From NCBI GenBank assembly GCA_900548565.1, contig URKV01000001.1, positions 4,774-68,773 of the forward strand: 64,000 nucleotides of DNA. Direction: 5' to 3'. The translations under genes and the position numbers were made by a program. A model generated the notes under the pieces. That model was not told where the DNA came from, ran no database searches, and saw only the letters and a program-made list of their open reading frames with translations. This stretch comes from an uncultured Collinsella sp. Its GTDB lineage: Bacteria > Actinomycetota > Coriobacteriia > Coriobacteriales > Coriobacteriaceae. This document shows, piece by piece, positions 27,119 to 36,450 of this stretch (position 1 is its first letter; every line of letters starts with the position of its first letter).

Positions 27119-27293
27119 AGCAAGCCTCCTCTAGTTAACCACCACTTACTTTACCCCATTCTCCACCTGCCAAAAAGGGACAGGTATATTTTGGTCGGTT
27201 TTATCTGCGGAAACGCCACATCTCCCTCACCAAAAAGCCCGAGTGTCGCTGGGACACCCGGGCTCGTGGAAAGGGGCTAATCCTTATTCGGAC

Positions 27294-29621
27294 TTAAGCG
27301 GAAACTGCGGCGGAAGCGGTGTTGGTCTCATCCTCGTCGGTCCAAGCGTGCTTGGGCATGGGACGGAAGATCTGGAAGAGCATCGCAACCAGCAGCACGA
27401 TGGCCACAACCGTCCAGATACCAAACTGGCCAAGGACAAGCAGGTTGTAGAACTGGTTGATGAACAGGCCGATGACCCAAGCGAAGGCGCACTCGTAGCC
27501 GATGGCAATCGCGGTCCACTTGCCGGAGTCCATCTGATTGCGGATAGTGCCCATGGCGGCAAAGCACGGGGCGCACAGCAGGTTGAAAGCGCCGAAGGCA
27601 ACGCAGGCGCCCATAGTCGGGAACATGCCGGCAAACGCGGTCCACAGGCTCGGGTCGGTCTCGGCGGCGTCAGCAACCGACAGCAGCGAGCCGGCGGTGG
27701 CGACGACGTTCTCCTTGGCGACAAGTCCAGAGACAGTCAGCGCGGTGGCCTGCCAGGTGCTAAAGCCGAGCGGGGCGAAGATCCAAGCGACCAGGTTGCC
27801 CAGCATGGCGAGCACGGAGTAGTCCATAAACTCCTCGGGGATGCCGTCCATAGCAGGCAGGAAGCCGAAGGAACCGTTGTAGCTACCAAAGTTGGAGAGG
27901 AACCAAACCACGACGGTAGAGGCGAAGATGACCGTGCCGGCCTTCTTGATAAAGGCCCAGCAGCGCTCCCACACGTGCAGCGCCCAAGAGCGGATCGCCG
28001 GGAAGTGATAGGCGGGAAGCTCCATAACGAACGGCGTCGGGCGACCGGCGAAGAGCTTGGTCTTCTTGAGCATGAGGCCCGAGGCGATGACGGCAAAGAC
28101 GCCCAAGAAGTAGAACAGCGGGCTGATCCATGCGGCGGTGGTGGAAGAATCGCCGATGATGGAACCCATGAGCAGGGCGATGATCGGCAGCTTGGCGCCG
28201 CAGGGGATGAACGTGGTGGTCATGACCGTCATGCGGCGGTCCTTCTCATTCTCGATGGTCTTGGTGGCCATGACGCCGGGGACGCCGCAGCCCGAGGACA
28301 CGAGCATGGGAATAAAGGACTTACCGGACAGGCCAAAGCGGCGGAACACGCGGTCCATGATGAAGGCGACACGGGCCATGTAGCCGCAGTCCTCCAGGAA
28401 TGACAGCATCACGAACAGCAGGAACATCTGCGGGACGAAGCCAAAGATGGCGCCCAGGCCGCCGACGATGCCGTCGCAGACCAGCGAATCGACCAGGCCG
28501 CCGTCCTCGGTGCCGCCCGCCACGAGGGCGTCGTGCACCACGGTGGTGATACCCGGGACATAGGGACCATACTCGGCCGGGTCGACCGAGTCGGCATCGT
28601 CGCCCGCGGCCTCGACGGCCTCATCGTAAGCATCGCGGCCCTGACCGAGCACGTACCAACCGTCGGTGCCGAAGAGCTGGTCATTGGTGAAGTCGGTCAC
28701 CGTGCCGCCCAGGGTGGAAACGGCGATGTAGTACACGCAGAACATGATGACCACAAAGATCGGCAGACCCAGGATACGGTTGGTAACCACGCGGTCGATC
28801 TTCTCGGAGGTGCTCATCTTGGCCGGGGCCTTGGTGAGGCACTCGTCGATGATGTGCGCGATCACGCCATAGCGCTCGCCGGTGATGATGGACTCGGCAT
28901 CGTCGTCGCAATCCTGCTCGCACTGGGCGACCAGCTGCTCAACACGAGCGGCCTTCTCCTTAGTGAGGTTGATGAGCTTGCAAGCGTCCGCATCGCGCTC
29001 AAACAGCTTGACGGCGTAGTAGCGACGCTTGTTGGCGGGAACGCTCGCCGGCAGGTTGTTCTCGATGTGGGTCAGAACGTCCTCGATTGAAGAATCGAAC
29101 TTGTGCTCCGGCACCTGGCCCTTGGAAGCAGCGGACTTCTTGACCTGCTCGAACAGCTCGTTGATACCCTTGTTCTTAAGGGCCGAGATCATCATGACCG
29201 GGCAGCCGAGCTTCTTGGAAAGCTTGTCCGTGTCGATCTTATCGCCGTTCTTCTCGACCAAGTCGGCCATGTTGAGGGCGACAACCACGGGCAGGCCGGT
29301 CTCGACGACCTGAAGTGCCAGGTACAGGTTGCGCTCAAGGTTGGTCGCGTCGACAACCTGGACGACCACATCGGGCTCGCCGCTCATGAGGTAATCGCGC
29401 GAGCACTGCTCCTCGGGGCTGTAGGGGGAAAGCGAGTAGATGCCGGGGAGGTCCGTAATCGTGACGTTCTTGTCACTCAGGAGCTTGGCTTCCTTTTTCT
29501 CAACCGTGACGCCGGGCCAGTTGCCAACGTAGCCGTTGGCGCCGGTGATCAGGTTGAAAAGCGTGGTCTTGCCGCAGTTGGGGTTACCCGCCAGCGCGAC
29601 ATGGATCTGAGAATCCGCCAT
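27294..29621 (-). CDS. feoB: Ferrous iron transporter B
   Basis: GNPNCGKT, VGNWPGVTVE, DLPGIYSL, NMAD, LEDCGYMAR, PCGAKLP. Confidence 0.97.
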   Translation of the reverse strand: MADSQIHVALAGNPNCGKTTLFNLITGANGYVGNWPGVTVEKKEAKLLSDKNVTITDLPGIYSLSPYSPEEQCSRDYLMSGEPDVVVQVVDATNLERNLYLALQVVETGLPVVVALNMADLVEKNGDKIDTDKLSKKLGCPVMMISALKNKGINELFEQVKKSAASKGQVPEHKFDSSIEDVLTHIENNLPASVPANKRRYYAVKLFERDADACKLINLTKEKAARVEQLVAQCEQDCDDDAESIITGERYGVIAHIIDECLTKAPAKMSTSEKIDRVVTNRILGLPIFVVIMFCVYYIAVSTLGGTVTDFTNDQLFGTDGWYVLGQGRDAYDEAVEAAGDDADSVDPAEYGPYVPGITTVVHDALVAGGTEDGGLVDSLVCDGIVGGLGAIFGFVPQMFLLFVMLSFLEDCGYMARVAFIMDRVFRRFGLSGKSFIPMLVSSGCGVPGVMATKTIENEKDRRMTVMTTTFIPCGAKLPIIALLMGSIIGDSSTTAAWISPLFYFLGVFAVIASGLMLKKTKLFAGRPTPFVMELPAYHFPAIRSWALHVWERCWAFIKKAGTVIFASTVVVWFLSNFGSYNGSFGFLPAMDGIPEEFMDYSVLAMLGNLVAWIFAPLGFSTWQATALTVSGLVAKENVVATAGSLLSVADAAETDPSLWTAFAGMFPTMGACVAFGAFNLLCAPCFAAMGTIRNQMDSGKWTAIAIGYECAFAWVIGLFINQFYNLLVLGQFGIWTVVAIVLLVAMLFQIFRPMPKHAWTDEDETNTASAAVSA

Positions 29622-29696
29622 TCAATCCTTCTTCCTTGTGTGCCCGCGCTGCTTTCTCCGCGCGAGCTGGATAATGTGCTTCAAAGTTGCTGCATT

Positions 29697-29716
29697 AAGT
29701 TAGAAAAACCTAACTT
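29697..29716. promoter_or_regulatory. DtxR/IdeR-family-like box upstream of feoB
   Basis: AAGTTAGAAAAACCTAACTT, palindromic with TTAG..CTAA ends. Confidence 0.5.
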
Positions 29717-29744
29717 TATCTGCAGAAATACTCGCCGCTGGCCC

Positions 29745-29966
29745 TTACTGGACCTCGACGACGGCAGCCTCCTCCTTGCGGATGGAAAGCTCGTAGCCGC
29801 GCACGTTGATCTCGACCGGATCTCCGAGCGGTGCGACCTTTACGACCTTAAACGACGTGCCCTTGATGAGCCCCAGGTCCATAAGGTGACGGCGCAGTGC
29901 ACCCTCACCGTGAAGCTTGACGATGGTAGAGCTCTCGCCCACCTTGACGTCACCCAACGTCTTCAT
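29745..29966 (-). CDS. feoA: Ferrous iron transport protein A
   Basis: RRHLMDLGL, APLGDP, RGYELSIRKEEA. Confidence 0.95.
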   Translation of the reverse strand: MKTLGDVKVGESSTIVKLHGEGALRRHLMDLGLIKGTSFKVVKVAPLGDPVEINVRGYELSIRKEEAAVVEVQ

Positions 29967-30006
29967 GTACTTGTCCCCCTTTCAGCTTTTTGCGAAATGC
30001 TGCGAA

Positions 30007-30249
30007 CTAACCGACGGTCATGATGTGCATGGCAACCTTGGAATCGATACCAAAGCGTGCACCCAGCACCGTGACGATGATATTGGCGCCACTCGAGCTC
30101 ACCACGTGGATCTCGTTGCCCTCGACAAAGCCGAGGTCCTTGAGATGGTGCTTCATATCCTCATTGCCCTTTACGCGAGACACGCGCACGGTTTCGCCCG
30201 CTTTTACCATCGAAAGCGGCATAGCCGGCATCTGCGGTCCGCAAGACAT
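30007..30249 (-). CDS. feoA: FeoA-family protein (second copy)
   Basis: MPLSMV..GE, HHLKDLGFVEG SH3-like pattern. Confidence 0.88.
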   Translation of the reverse strand: MSCGPQMPAMPLSMVKAGETVRVSRVKGNEDMKHHLKDLGFVEGNEIHVVSSSGANIIVTVLGARFGIDSKVAMHIMTVG

Positions 30250-30292
30250 GAGTGAGCTCCTAACGTCAGTTCGTCCTCAACATCGACGCAGC

Positions 30293-30346
30293 AAAAGTTA
30301 ACCACGTCTATGTTCACTTTAGTAAACTAACACGTGGTTAACTTTT
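30293..30346. promoter_or_regulatory. 15-bp perfect inverted repeat upstream of feo operon (candidate metal-regulator site)
   Basis: AAAAGTTAACCACGT ... ACGTGGTTAACTTTT. Confidence 0.5.
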
Positions 30347-30482
30347 TGGAAAGGGTCCCCATTCAGATTTCGAAAAAGTTTCCTATACGAAACAAAGGCG
30401 CCGCAAAGACTGTCTCTTTGCGGCGCCTTGCCATACCAATTGATGCAACAGAGGGGACTGCCCCTTTGTCACATTGTTGAGG

Positions 30483-30731
30483 TTAGAGCGAGAGGTTTCT
30501 GATCGACGTAACGCAGGAGGCCTCATCTACGCCCGAAACGCGGAAGATGATGTCCTCGCCGCACTCGCCGTAGAGAGCCATGAGTCCCATGACATCGCGG
30601 CCATCCGTGTGGCGATCGCCGATGCTGACTGACACGTCGCTACGATGCTTGACAATGATGTCATAGAGCAGCGCAACCGGGCGGGCATGTAATCCCAACG
30701 GATCTTTAATCGTCTTTGTAAACTCGACCAT
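30483..30731 (-). CDS. HPr-family phosphocarrier (His15 present, Asp at position 46)
   Basis: GLHARP, DGRDVMGLM, G.DE; 82 aa from ATG 30731; RBS GGAGGGG. Confidence 0.88.
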   Translation of the reverse strand: MVEFTKTIKDPLGLHARPVALLYDIIVKHRSDVSVSIGDRHTDGRDVMGLMALYGECGEDIIFRVSGVDEASCVTSIRNLSL

Positions 30732-30818
30732 GTCCCCTCCCACGACATCGCACATTCGGCCGGCAAAACCCAGCCACGTGGTAGTTATTGTAGCGTTAGA
30801 TGCTTGTTGAGGGTGGGA

Positions 30819-30990
30819 CGGAAACCGCATCCCATTTCGAGCGTCAATGATGGGACACAGTTTCCGCCAGAAGGCTCAACCGGAAAGCGCGTCCCGTTAT
30901 TTGGCTGGATTCTGGGTCGCGCTTTCCCAGAGGACCCCCTTTGGGAAAGCGCGACCCGTTCTGGACGCAGATTCCGGGACGCACTTTCCG
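30819..30990. repeat. BIME-like array of six alternating-orientation ~16-bp units
   Basis: Consensus about GGAAAGCGCG(T/A)CCC at 30819(+), 30851(-), 30881(+), 30913(-), 30942(+), 30975(-). Confidence 0.65.
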
Positions 30991-31030
30991 CGATGTCCGG
31001 TCACCCTATGCCCTCGCAACCTCGGCGTAT

Positions 31031-31065
31031 AAAAAACGAGGGAAGGCACGTGTCCTTCCCTCGTT
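31031..31065 (-). terminator. Intrinsic terminator after aspS
   Basis: AACGAGGGAAGG...CCTTCCCTCGTT with A-run on the plus strand (T-run on minus). Confidence 0.7.
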
Positions 31066-31088
31066 ACAGGCAATATGTAGCCGCTTCC

Positions 31089-32876
31089 CTACATCAGGCG
31101 CAGACTGACGTCCTTGAGCTGGGCGCCGCTAACGGCACTCGGAGCGCCCGACATAAGGTCGGAGCCGCTGGCCGTCTTGGGGAACGCCATGACGTCGCGG
31201 ATGGAGTCGGAACCGGTGAGCAGCATGCACACGCGGTCCAGGCCCAGAGCGAAACCGCCCATCGGGGGCGCACCAAACTTGAGGGCCTCCATGAGGAAGC
31301 CGAACTGAGACTCGGCACGCTCCTCGGTAAAGCCCAGGAGCTTGAGCATGGACATCTGCATCTCAGCGTTGTGGATACGCATACCGCCGCCGCCGGCCTC
31401 AAAGCCGTCCATGACAAAGTCGTAGGTGCAAGAACCGGCTGCCAACGGGTCGGCCTCAATCTTGGCGATGTCGGTCTCGGTCGGCAGGGTGAAGGGCTGG
31501 TGCTCGGCGGCATAGGCCTTGCGGTCCTCATCCCAGTGGAACAGCGGGAAGTTGACGACCCACAGGAAGTCGTGGCCCTCGCGCTTGATCTCGAGTGCGT
31601 TGGCCATGTGAGAACGCATGCCGCCCAGGATCTCGTCGGAGAGCAGGCGCGGGCCGGCGGCGAACATCACAAGGTCGCCGGGCTCGACGTCCATGCGCTC
31701 GCGCAGAGCCGCCATCTCCTCGTCCGAGAAGAACTTGACGATGGGGCTGTTGATGGAGCCGTCCTCGCGGAATGCGATCCAGGCCAGGCCCTTGGCGCCA
31801 AACGTGGAGGCCACGCCGGCAAGCTTATCGATCTTGGCACGTGCCCAGGCGCCGGCGCCCTTGGCGTTGATGGCCTTGACGGCAGAGCCCTCCTCGTTTG
31901 CGGCAGTCGCAAAGACCTTGAACTTGGAGTTGGCGAAGATGTCGGTCAGGTCGACCAGGTGCATGCCATAGCGGGTATCGGGCTTGTCGGAGCCATAGGT
32001 GTCCATGGCCTCCCAGTAGTCCATGCGACGCAGCGGCGTGGGCATCTCGACGCCCATGCGGCCGAAGGCGTCGGCCAGGACCTCCTCGAGCGCGCTCATG
32101 ACGTCATTCTGGTCCACGAAGGACATCTCGATATCGACCTGGGTGAACTCGGGCTGACGGTCGGCACGCAGGTCCTCGTCGCGGAAGCACTTGGCAACCT
32201 GGTAGTAGCGCTCGACGCCACCGACCATGAGCAGCTGCTTCAGGAGCTGCGGGGACTGCGGCAGGGCGTAGAAGTTGCCCGGCTGAATACGGCTGGGGAC
32301 GATGAAGTCACGGGCGCCCTCGGGCGTGGACTTAAACAGGGAGGGCGTCTCGACCTCCATGAACTCACGGTTGTGCAGCGCCTCGCGAATGGCAAAGGTG
32401 AAGTCGGAGCGCAGCTTGAGGTTGGCCATCATCTCGGGACGGCGGAGATCCAGATAGCGATAGCGCAGACGGGTGTCCTCGCTGGTCTCGATGCCGTCCT
32501 CGATCTGGAACGGCGGGGTGACGGACGTGTTGAGCACCTCGGCGTGGTCGGTCAGGACCTCGATCTCGCCGGTCGCGAGCTTGGCGTTGGTGGTCTCCTC
32601 GCCACGGGAGCGCACGACGCCGTGAATCTTGATGGGCCACTCGGGACGCATGGTCTCGGCGATCTTAAAGGCATCGCCGTCGGAGTGCTCGGGGTCGAAA
32701 GTGAGCTGCGTGATGCCCTCGCGGTCGCGAAGGTCGCAGAAGATAAGGCCGCCGTGGTCGCGGCGACGGCTCACCCAACCGGTGAGGGTGACCTCTTCGC
32801 CCACGTTCTCGAAGCGAAGCTCGCCGCAGGTACGGGTGTGCATGGAATGCTCGTCAATGGGACGGGTCTGGCTCAT
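31089..32876 (-). CDS. aspS: Aspartate-tRNA ligase (HG motif suggests non-discriminating type)
   Basis: RTRTCG, GWVSRRRDHGG, TPEGARDF, LPQSPQ, FRDEDLRADRQPEFTQ, GLDR. Confidence 0.97.
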   Translation of the reverse strand: MSQTRPIDEHSMHTRTCGELRFENVGEEVTLTGWVSRRRDHGGLIFCDLRDREGITQLTFDPEHSDGDAFKIAETMRPEWPIKIHGVVRSRGEETTNAKLATGEIEVLTDHAEVLNTSVTPPFQIEDGIETSEDTRLRYRYLDLRRPEMMANLKLRSDFTFAIREALHNREFMEVETPSLFKSTPEGARDFIVPSRIQPGNFYALPQSPQLLKQLLMVGGVERYYQVAKCFRDEDLRADRQPEFTQVDIEMSFVDQNDVMSALEEVLADAFGRMGVEMPTPLRRMDYWEAMDTYGSDKPDTRYGMHLVDLTDIFANSKFKVFATAANEEGSAVKAINAKGAGAWARAKIDKLAGVASTFGAKGLAWIAFREDGSINSPIVKFFSDEEMAALRERMDVEPGDLVMFAAGPRLLSDEILGGMRSHMANALEIKREGHDFLWVVNFPLFHWDEDRKAYAAEHQPFTLPTETDIAKIEADPLAAGSCTYDFVMDGFEAGGGGMRIHNAEMQMSMLKLLGFTEERAESQFGFLMEALKFGAPPMGGFALGLDRVCMLLTGSDSIRDVMAFPKTASGSDLMSGAPSAVSGAQLKDVSLRLM

Positions 32877-33132
32877 ACCAGTGATCCTCCTTTATGGATC
32901 TGTGCCGCCCCGTGTCGTTCCGGGCGGCGTCGTACAGATTTGCCCAGCCTGCGTAAACCGCGCAGCCAGACATGGCGTTCTATGTTATCGCACCCGCGTC
33001 GATGTGCCGCGAAAAAGTAGCTCTTACCCAAAGACTTGACGGAGACGAAACAATTGACGCACCGCGGCACCCGCCCGCGCTATTCACGTGCGACAATATG
33101 CCCCAATAAAACAGCACTTGGAAAGGCCCATC

Positions 33133-33768
33133 ATGACTGCACGCCTCATTGTTATGGATATCGACTCCACGCTCATCAACCAGGAGGTCATCGACCTGTT
33201 GGGCGAGGAGGCCGGCGTGGGCGAGCAAGTTGCGCAAATCACCGATCGCGCTATGCGCGGCGAGCTGGACTTTAGGCAAGCGCTCGAGAAGCGCGTGGGG
33301 CTGCTCGCCGGCCTGGACGAGAGCGTGTTCGAGCGCACCTTTGAGCGCGTGACGTTTACCCCCGGCGCGTTGGAGCTTGTGCGCTCGGCACACAGCAAGG
33401 GCTGGAAGGTCGGCGTGGTGAGCGGCGGCTTCCACGAGGTCGCCGACAAGATCGTGGCCGCCGCGGGCATCGACTTCTGCCTGGCTAACCGCCTGGAGGT
33501 CGTGGACGGCAAGCTCACCGGTAAGTTGGCGGCAGACATTGTGACCAAGGAGTCCAAGCTCATCCAGCTGCTGGATTGGGCAGTCGAGTGCGGTGTCGAT
33601 ATGGCCCATACCGTCGCGATCGGTGACGGCGCCAACGACATCCCCATGATTCAGGCCGCAGGCACGGGCATCGCATTTTGCGCCAAGCCCAAGACGCGCG
33701 AGGCCGCCCCATTTGCCATCGACGAGCGCAACCTGATGCTCGCCATGGACATCATCCTGCGCGACTAG
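33133..33768 (+). CDS. serB: Phosphoserine phosphatase (HAD)
   Basis: MDIDSTLI, VSGGF, GDGAND, AFCAKP. Confidence 0.93.
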   Translation: MTARLIVMDIDSTLINQEVIDLLGEEAGVGEQVAQITDRAMRGELDFRQALEKRVGLLAGLDESVFERTFERVTFTPGALELVRSAHSKGWKVGVVSGGFHEVADKIVAAAGIDFCLANRLEVVDGKLTGKLAADIVTKESKLIQLLDWAVECGVDMAHTVAIGDGANDIPMIQAAGTGIAFCAKPKTREAAPFAIDERNLMLAMDIILRD

Positions 33769-33792
33769 TCAGTTTGCCTCACAACTTCATCT

Positions 33793-33840
33793 AATCTGAC
33801 ATGTCAGATTTCCGAACAATTATGCTCTAATGTTCGGAAA
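33793..33840. promoter_or_regulatory. Two palindromes upstream of larB (candidate TetR operators)
   Basis: AATCTGACATGTCAGATT (perfect 18 bp) and TTTCCGAACA-N12-TGTTCGGAAA. Confidence 0.5.
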
Positions 33841-33884
33841 CAACCCTTCGCGTGCTAAACTTTTCTGCGTCGAAGGGAACTTAT

Positions 33885-34667
33885 ATGGACAAACGAGATC
33901 TTGAGCAATTGCTAAGTGACGTGGCAGACGGAAGCATTATGCCGGCCGATGCCCTCACGCGCATCCAGACGGCGCCGACCGCCGACCTGGGCTTTGCACA
34001 GCTCGATCTTTCGCGCGGGGTGCGCCAGGGAGCCGGCGAGGTTGTCTACGGTGCCGGTAAAACCGCCGAGCAGATTACCGCCATTATCGAAGCGCTGCGC
34101 GATGCCGGCCAGGAGCGCGTCCTGGTCACGCGCCTGGACAGCGAAAAAGCAGCCCGTACCTCGGAGCTCCTCGGCAACGGCATCGACCTGGGATATATCC
34201 CGAACGCACAGCTCGCCCTCGTGGGCGGCAAGCCCTCCCCTACTGGCAACGGACGCATCGTCGTCGCCTGCGCCGGCACGAGCGACTTGCCCGTCGCCGA
34301 GGAAGCCGCGTTGACGGCCGAATTCTATGGCAACGAGGTCGACCGCCTCTACGACGTGGGTGTTGCCGGCCTGCACCGCCTGCTCGCGCATGCCGAGGAA
34401 CTTGCACAGGCGCAGGTGGTCATCGCCATCGCCGGCATGGAGGGCGCGTTGGCGAGCGTTGTCGGCGGCCTGGTGAGCTGTCCGGTCATCGCCGTTCCCA
34501 CCAGCGTGGGCTACGGCGCAAGTTTTGGTGGCGTAGCCGCACTGCTCGCCATGCTCAACTCCTGTGCCAGCGGCGTATCGGTCGTCAATATCGACAACGG
34601 CTTTGGTGCCGCCTACCAGGCAAGTCTTATCAATCATCTGAGCGCCGGCACACCCCGCGCCCGCTAA
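33885..34667 (+). CDS. larB: Nickel-pincer cofactor biosynthesis protein LarB
   Basis: GEVVYGAGKT, AGTSDLPVAEEA, DVGVAGLHRL, AGMEGAL, PTSVGYG, VNIDNGFGA. Confidence 0.95.
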   Translation: MDKRDLEQLLSDVADGSIMPADALTRIQTAPTADLGFAQLDLSRGVRQGAGEVVYGAGKTAEQITAIIEALRDAGQERVLVTRLDSEKAARTSELLGNGIDLGYIPNAQLALVGGKPSPTGNGRIVVACAGTSDLPVAEEAALTAEFYGNEVDRLYDVGVAGLHRLLAHAEELAQAQVVIAIAGMEGALASVVGGLVSCPVIAVPTSVGYGASFGGVAALLAMLNSCASGVSVVNIDNGFGAAYQASLINHLSAGTPRAR

Positions 34668-34677
34668 GGAGCATTCC

Positions 34678-35589
34678 ATGTCCAATCATCAGCACACGCT
34701 TATCATCGACGGCACCTCGGGCATCAGCGGCGACATGACTGTCGCGGCCCTGCTCGACCTGGGCGCCAGCGAGGAGCACCTGCGCGAACAGCTCGCTACG
34801 CTGCCGGTCGACGGCTTTACGATCGCCGTCACGCGTGCAAACAAGCATGGCATCGACGCCTGTGATTTTGACGTCCAGCTTGCAGAGGAGCTCGAGAACC
34901 ACGACCACGATATGGCCTGGCTCTACGGCAACGAAGCAGCTGCCGAGCACACGCACGAGCACGAGCACCACCATCATGAGCACGACGAGCACAGTCACTG
35001 CCACGAACATGATCATGAGGCCCACGGCCATGACCACGAGGGCCATCATCACGCCCACCACCATCACCACCGTTCTTTGGCGGACGTCACTGCTATCATC
35101 GACGGCTCGCAGCTAAGCGATGGCGCCAAGCGTCGTGCGCTCGCCATCTTTACCGCGCTCGCCGCCGCCGAGGCAAAGGCCCACGGCAAAACGCCCGAGA
35201 CCGTCATGTTCCACGAGGTGGGCGCCGTCGACTCCATCGTTGACATCTGCTCGGTCGCCATCTGCCTCGATGACCTGGGCATCGAGGATATTGTCGTCGA
35301 GTCGCTCTCCGAGGGCCACGGCACCATCCACTGCGCCCACGGCCTTATGCCCATTCCCGTCCCCGCTGTCGTCAACCTGTGCCAGGCGGGCAATATCGCC
35401 CTCACGCCCGCACCGGTCGCCGGCGAGCTCGTGACGCCCACGGGCGCCGCCATCGTTACCGCGCTGCGCACGTCCGAGCACCTGCCGGCACGCTACCACA
35501 TCGAAGCCGTCGGCTACGGCGCCGGCAAGCGCCCCTACGAGGGTTGCTCCGGCACGCTCCGTTGTCTACTCGTTCACGTGGATGCATAG
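34678..35589 (+). CDS. larC: LarC nickel insertase, N-terminal (LarC1-like) part only, with His-rich tract
   Basis: SGISGDM..AALLDLG, His-rich tract, AEAKAHG, FHEVGAVDSIVD, HG.MPIPVPA, ELVTPTGAA, GYGAG; 303 aa. Confidence 0.85.
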   Translation: MSNHQHTLIIDGTSGISGDMTVAALLDLGASEEHLREQLATLPVDGFTIAVTRANKHGIDACDFDVQLAEELENHDHDMAWLYGNEAAAEHTHEHEHHHHEHDEHSHCHEHDHEAHGHDHEGHHHAHHHHHRSLADVTAIIDGSQLSDGAKRRALAIFTALAAAEAKAHGKTPETVMFHEVGAVDSIVDICSVAICLDDLGIEDIVVESLSEGHGTIHCAHGLMPIPVPAVVNLCQAGNIALTPAPVAGELVTPTGAAIVTALRTSEHLPARYHIEAVGYGAGKRPYEGCSGTLRCLLVHVDA

Positions 35590-35591
35590 CC

Positions 35592-36131
35592 ATGGATGCC
35601 CGCAAAGAAAAAAGCCGCGCTGCCATCGTTGCAGCGTTCTCCGAGCTGCTACGCGAAGAGGATTACGGCAAGATTACCGTCGGCGACATCATCGCTCGTG
35701 CCCATGTTGGTCGGGCCACATTCTACGGCCTCTTTAAGAGCAAAGACGACCTACTGTCCGAGCTCGTGAGCGACATCTGCGCCCACGCCCTCGACGACGA
35801 TGGTACGCCGCTCGACGACCCACTCGTGCAAGTCGAGCATATCCTCAACAACCTCTGGGATCGTCGTCAGGGCGTACGCGCCCTCGTAGCCGGCGCCGGC
35901 TCACGCGTCTTCGCCGACTGCTTACGCAAGACCATCATGTCGCGCGCAGCCGAAACCGTCCCTACCGACCCAAACGGCCCCGCCGCCACCATGGACCGAA
36001 GCTTCCTACTACACCACATAGCCTCAAGCTTCGTAGGAATGGTCCAATGGTGGGCCTGGCACAACTTCCAAGCAGATAAGGCCGAAGTAGCCAAAGACTA
36101 CCTATCAGTCATTAAGCCTCTCTTCAACTGA
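35592..36131 (+). CDS. TetR/AcrR-family regulator
   Basis: MDARKEKSR..ITVGDIIARAHVGRATFY..F.SK HTH. Confidence 0.88.
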   Translation: MDARKEKSRAAIVAAFSELLREEDYGKITVGDIIARAHVGRATFYGLFKSKDDLLSELVSDICAHALDDDGTPLDDPLVQVEHILNNLWDRRQGVRALVAGAGSRVFADCLRKTIMSRAAETVPTDPNGPAATMDRSFLLHHIASSFVGMVQWWAWHNFQADKAEVAKDYLSVIKPLFN

Positions 36132-36304
36132 GTAAACCCCTCATCCCAAAGTTCCGACCTCATCTCAAAGCGCCGCCCCAACCCAAAGCACAATCCATCC
36201 CAAAGTGTCGACAGAAGCCCAACGCCCCTACCAGCAACAAGCCCCTCCCATCCAAATTCAGATATATATTGGGTTGCTTGTGCGAACGCAACAAAGACCC
36301 CGCA

Positions 36305-36429
36305 GCCGTCCGCATGGGGTAACTTCCCAGCGCACTCCGCAGGACGCAAAAAGGCTCGCCGCACAAAGTGCGCAGCGAGCCTTTTTGCATGTCCGAGGAC
36401 GCGCTGGGAAGTTACCCCATGCGGACGGC
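36305..36429. repeat. Long palindromic element, copy 1 (29-bp perfect arms)
   Basis: GCCGTCCGCATGGGGTAACTTCCCAGCGC and its reverse complement around a conserved core. Confidence 0.8.
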
Positions 36430-36450
36430 GGACAACTATGTAGCCTCAGA

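Noticed and set aside
30819..30990. Possible CRISPR array
   Set aside because: Units are about 16 bp, degenerate and alternate in orientation, linkers are about 15 bp, and no cas genes are present
34946..35070. CAC/GAG-rich low-complexity repeat
   Set aside because: It encodes the His-rich nickel-binding tract expected in LarC
35560..35700. Programmed frameshift extending larC into a LarC2 domain
   Set aside because: The downstream sequence encodes a clear TetR HTH with its own ATG; no LarC2-like frame or slippery run precedes the stop
36135..36260. Degenerate CATCCCAAAG repeats downstream of TetR
   Set aside because: Few copies, irregular spacing and low complexity; no structure I can support
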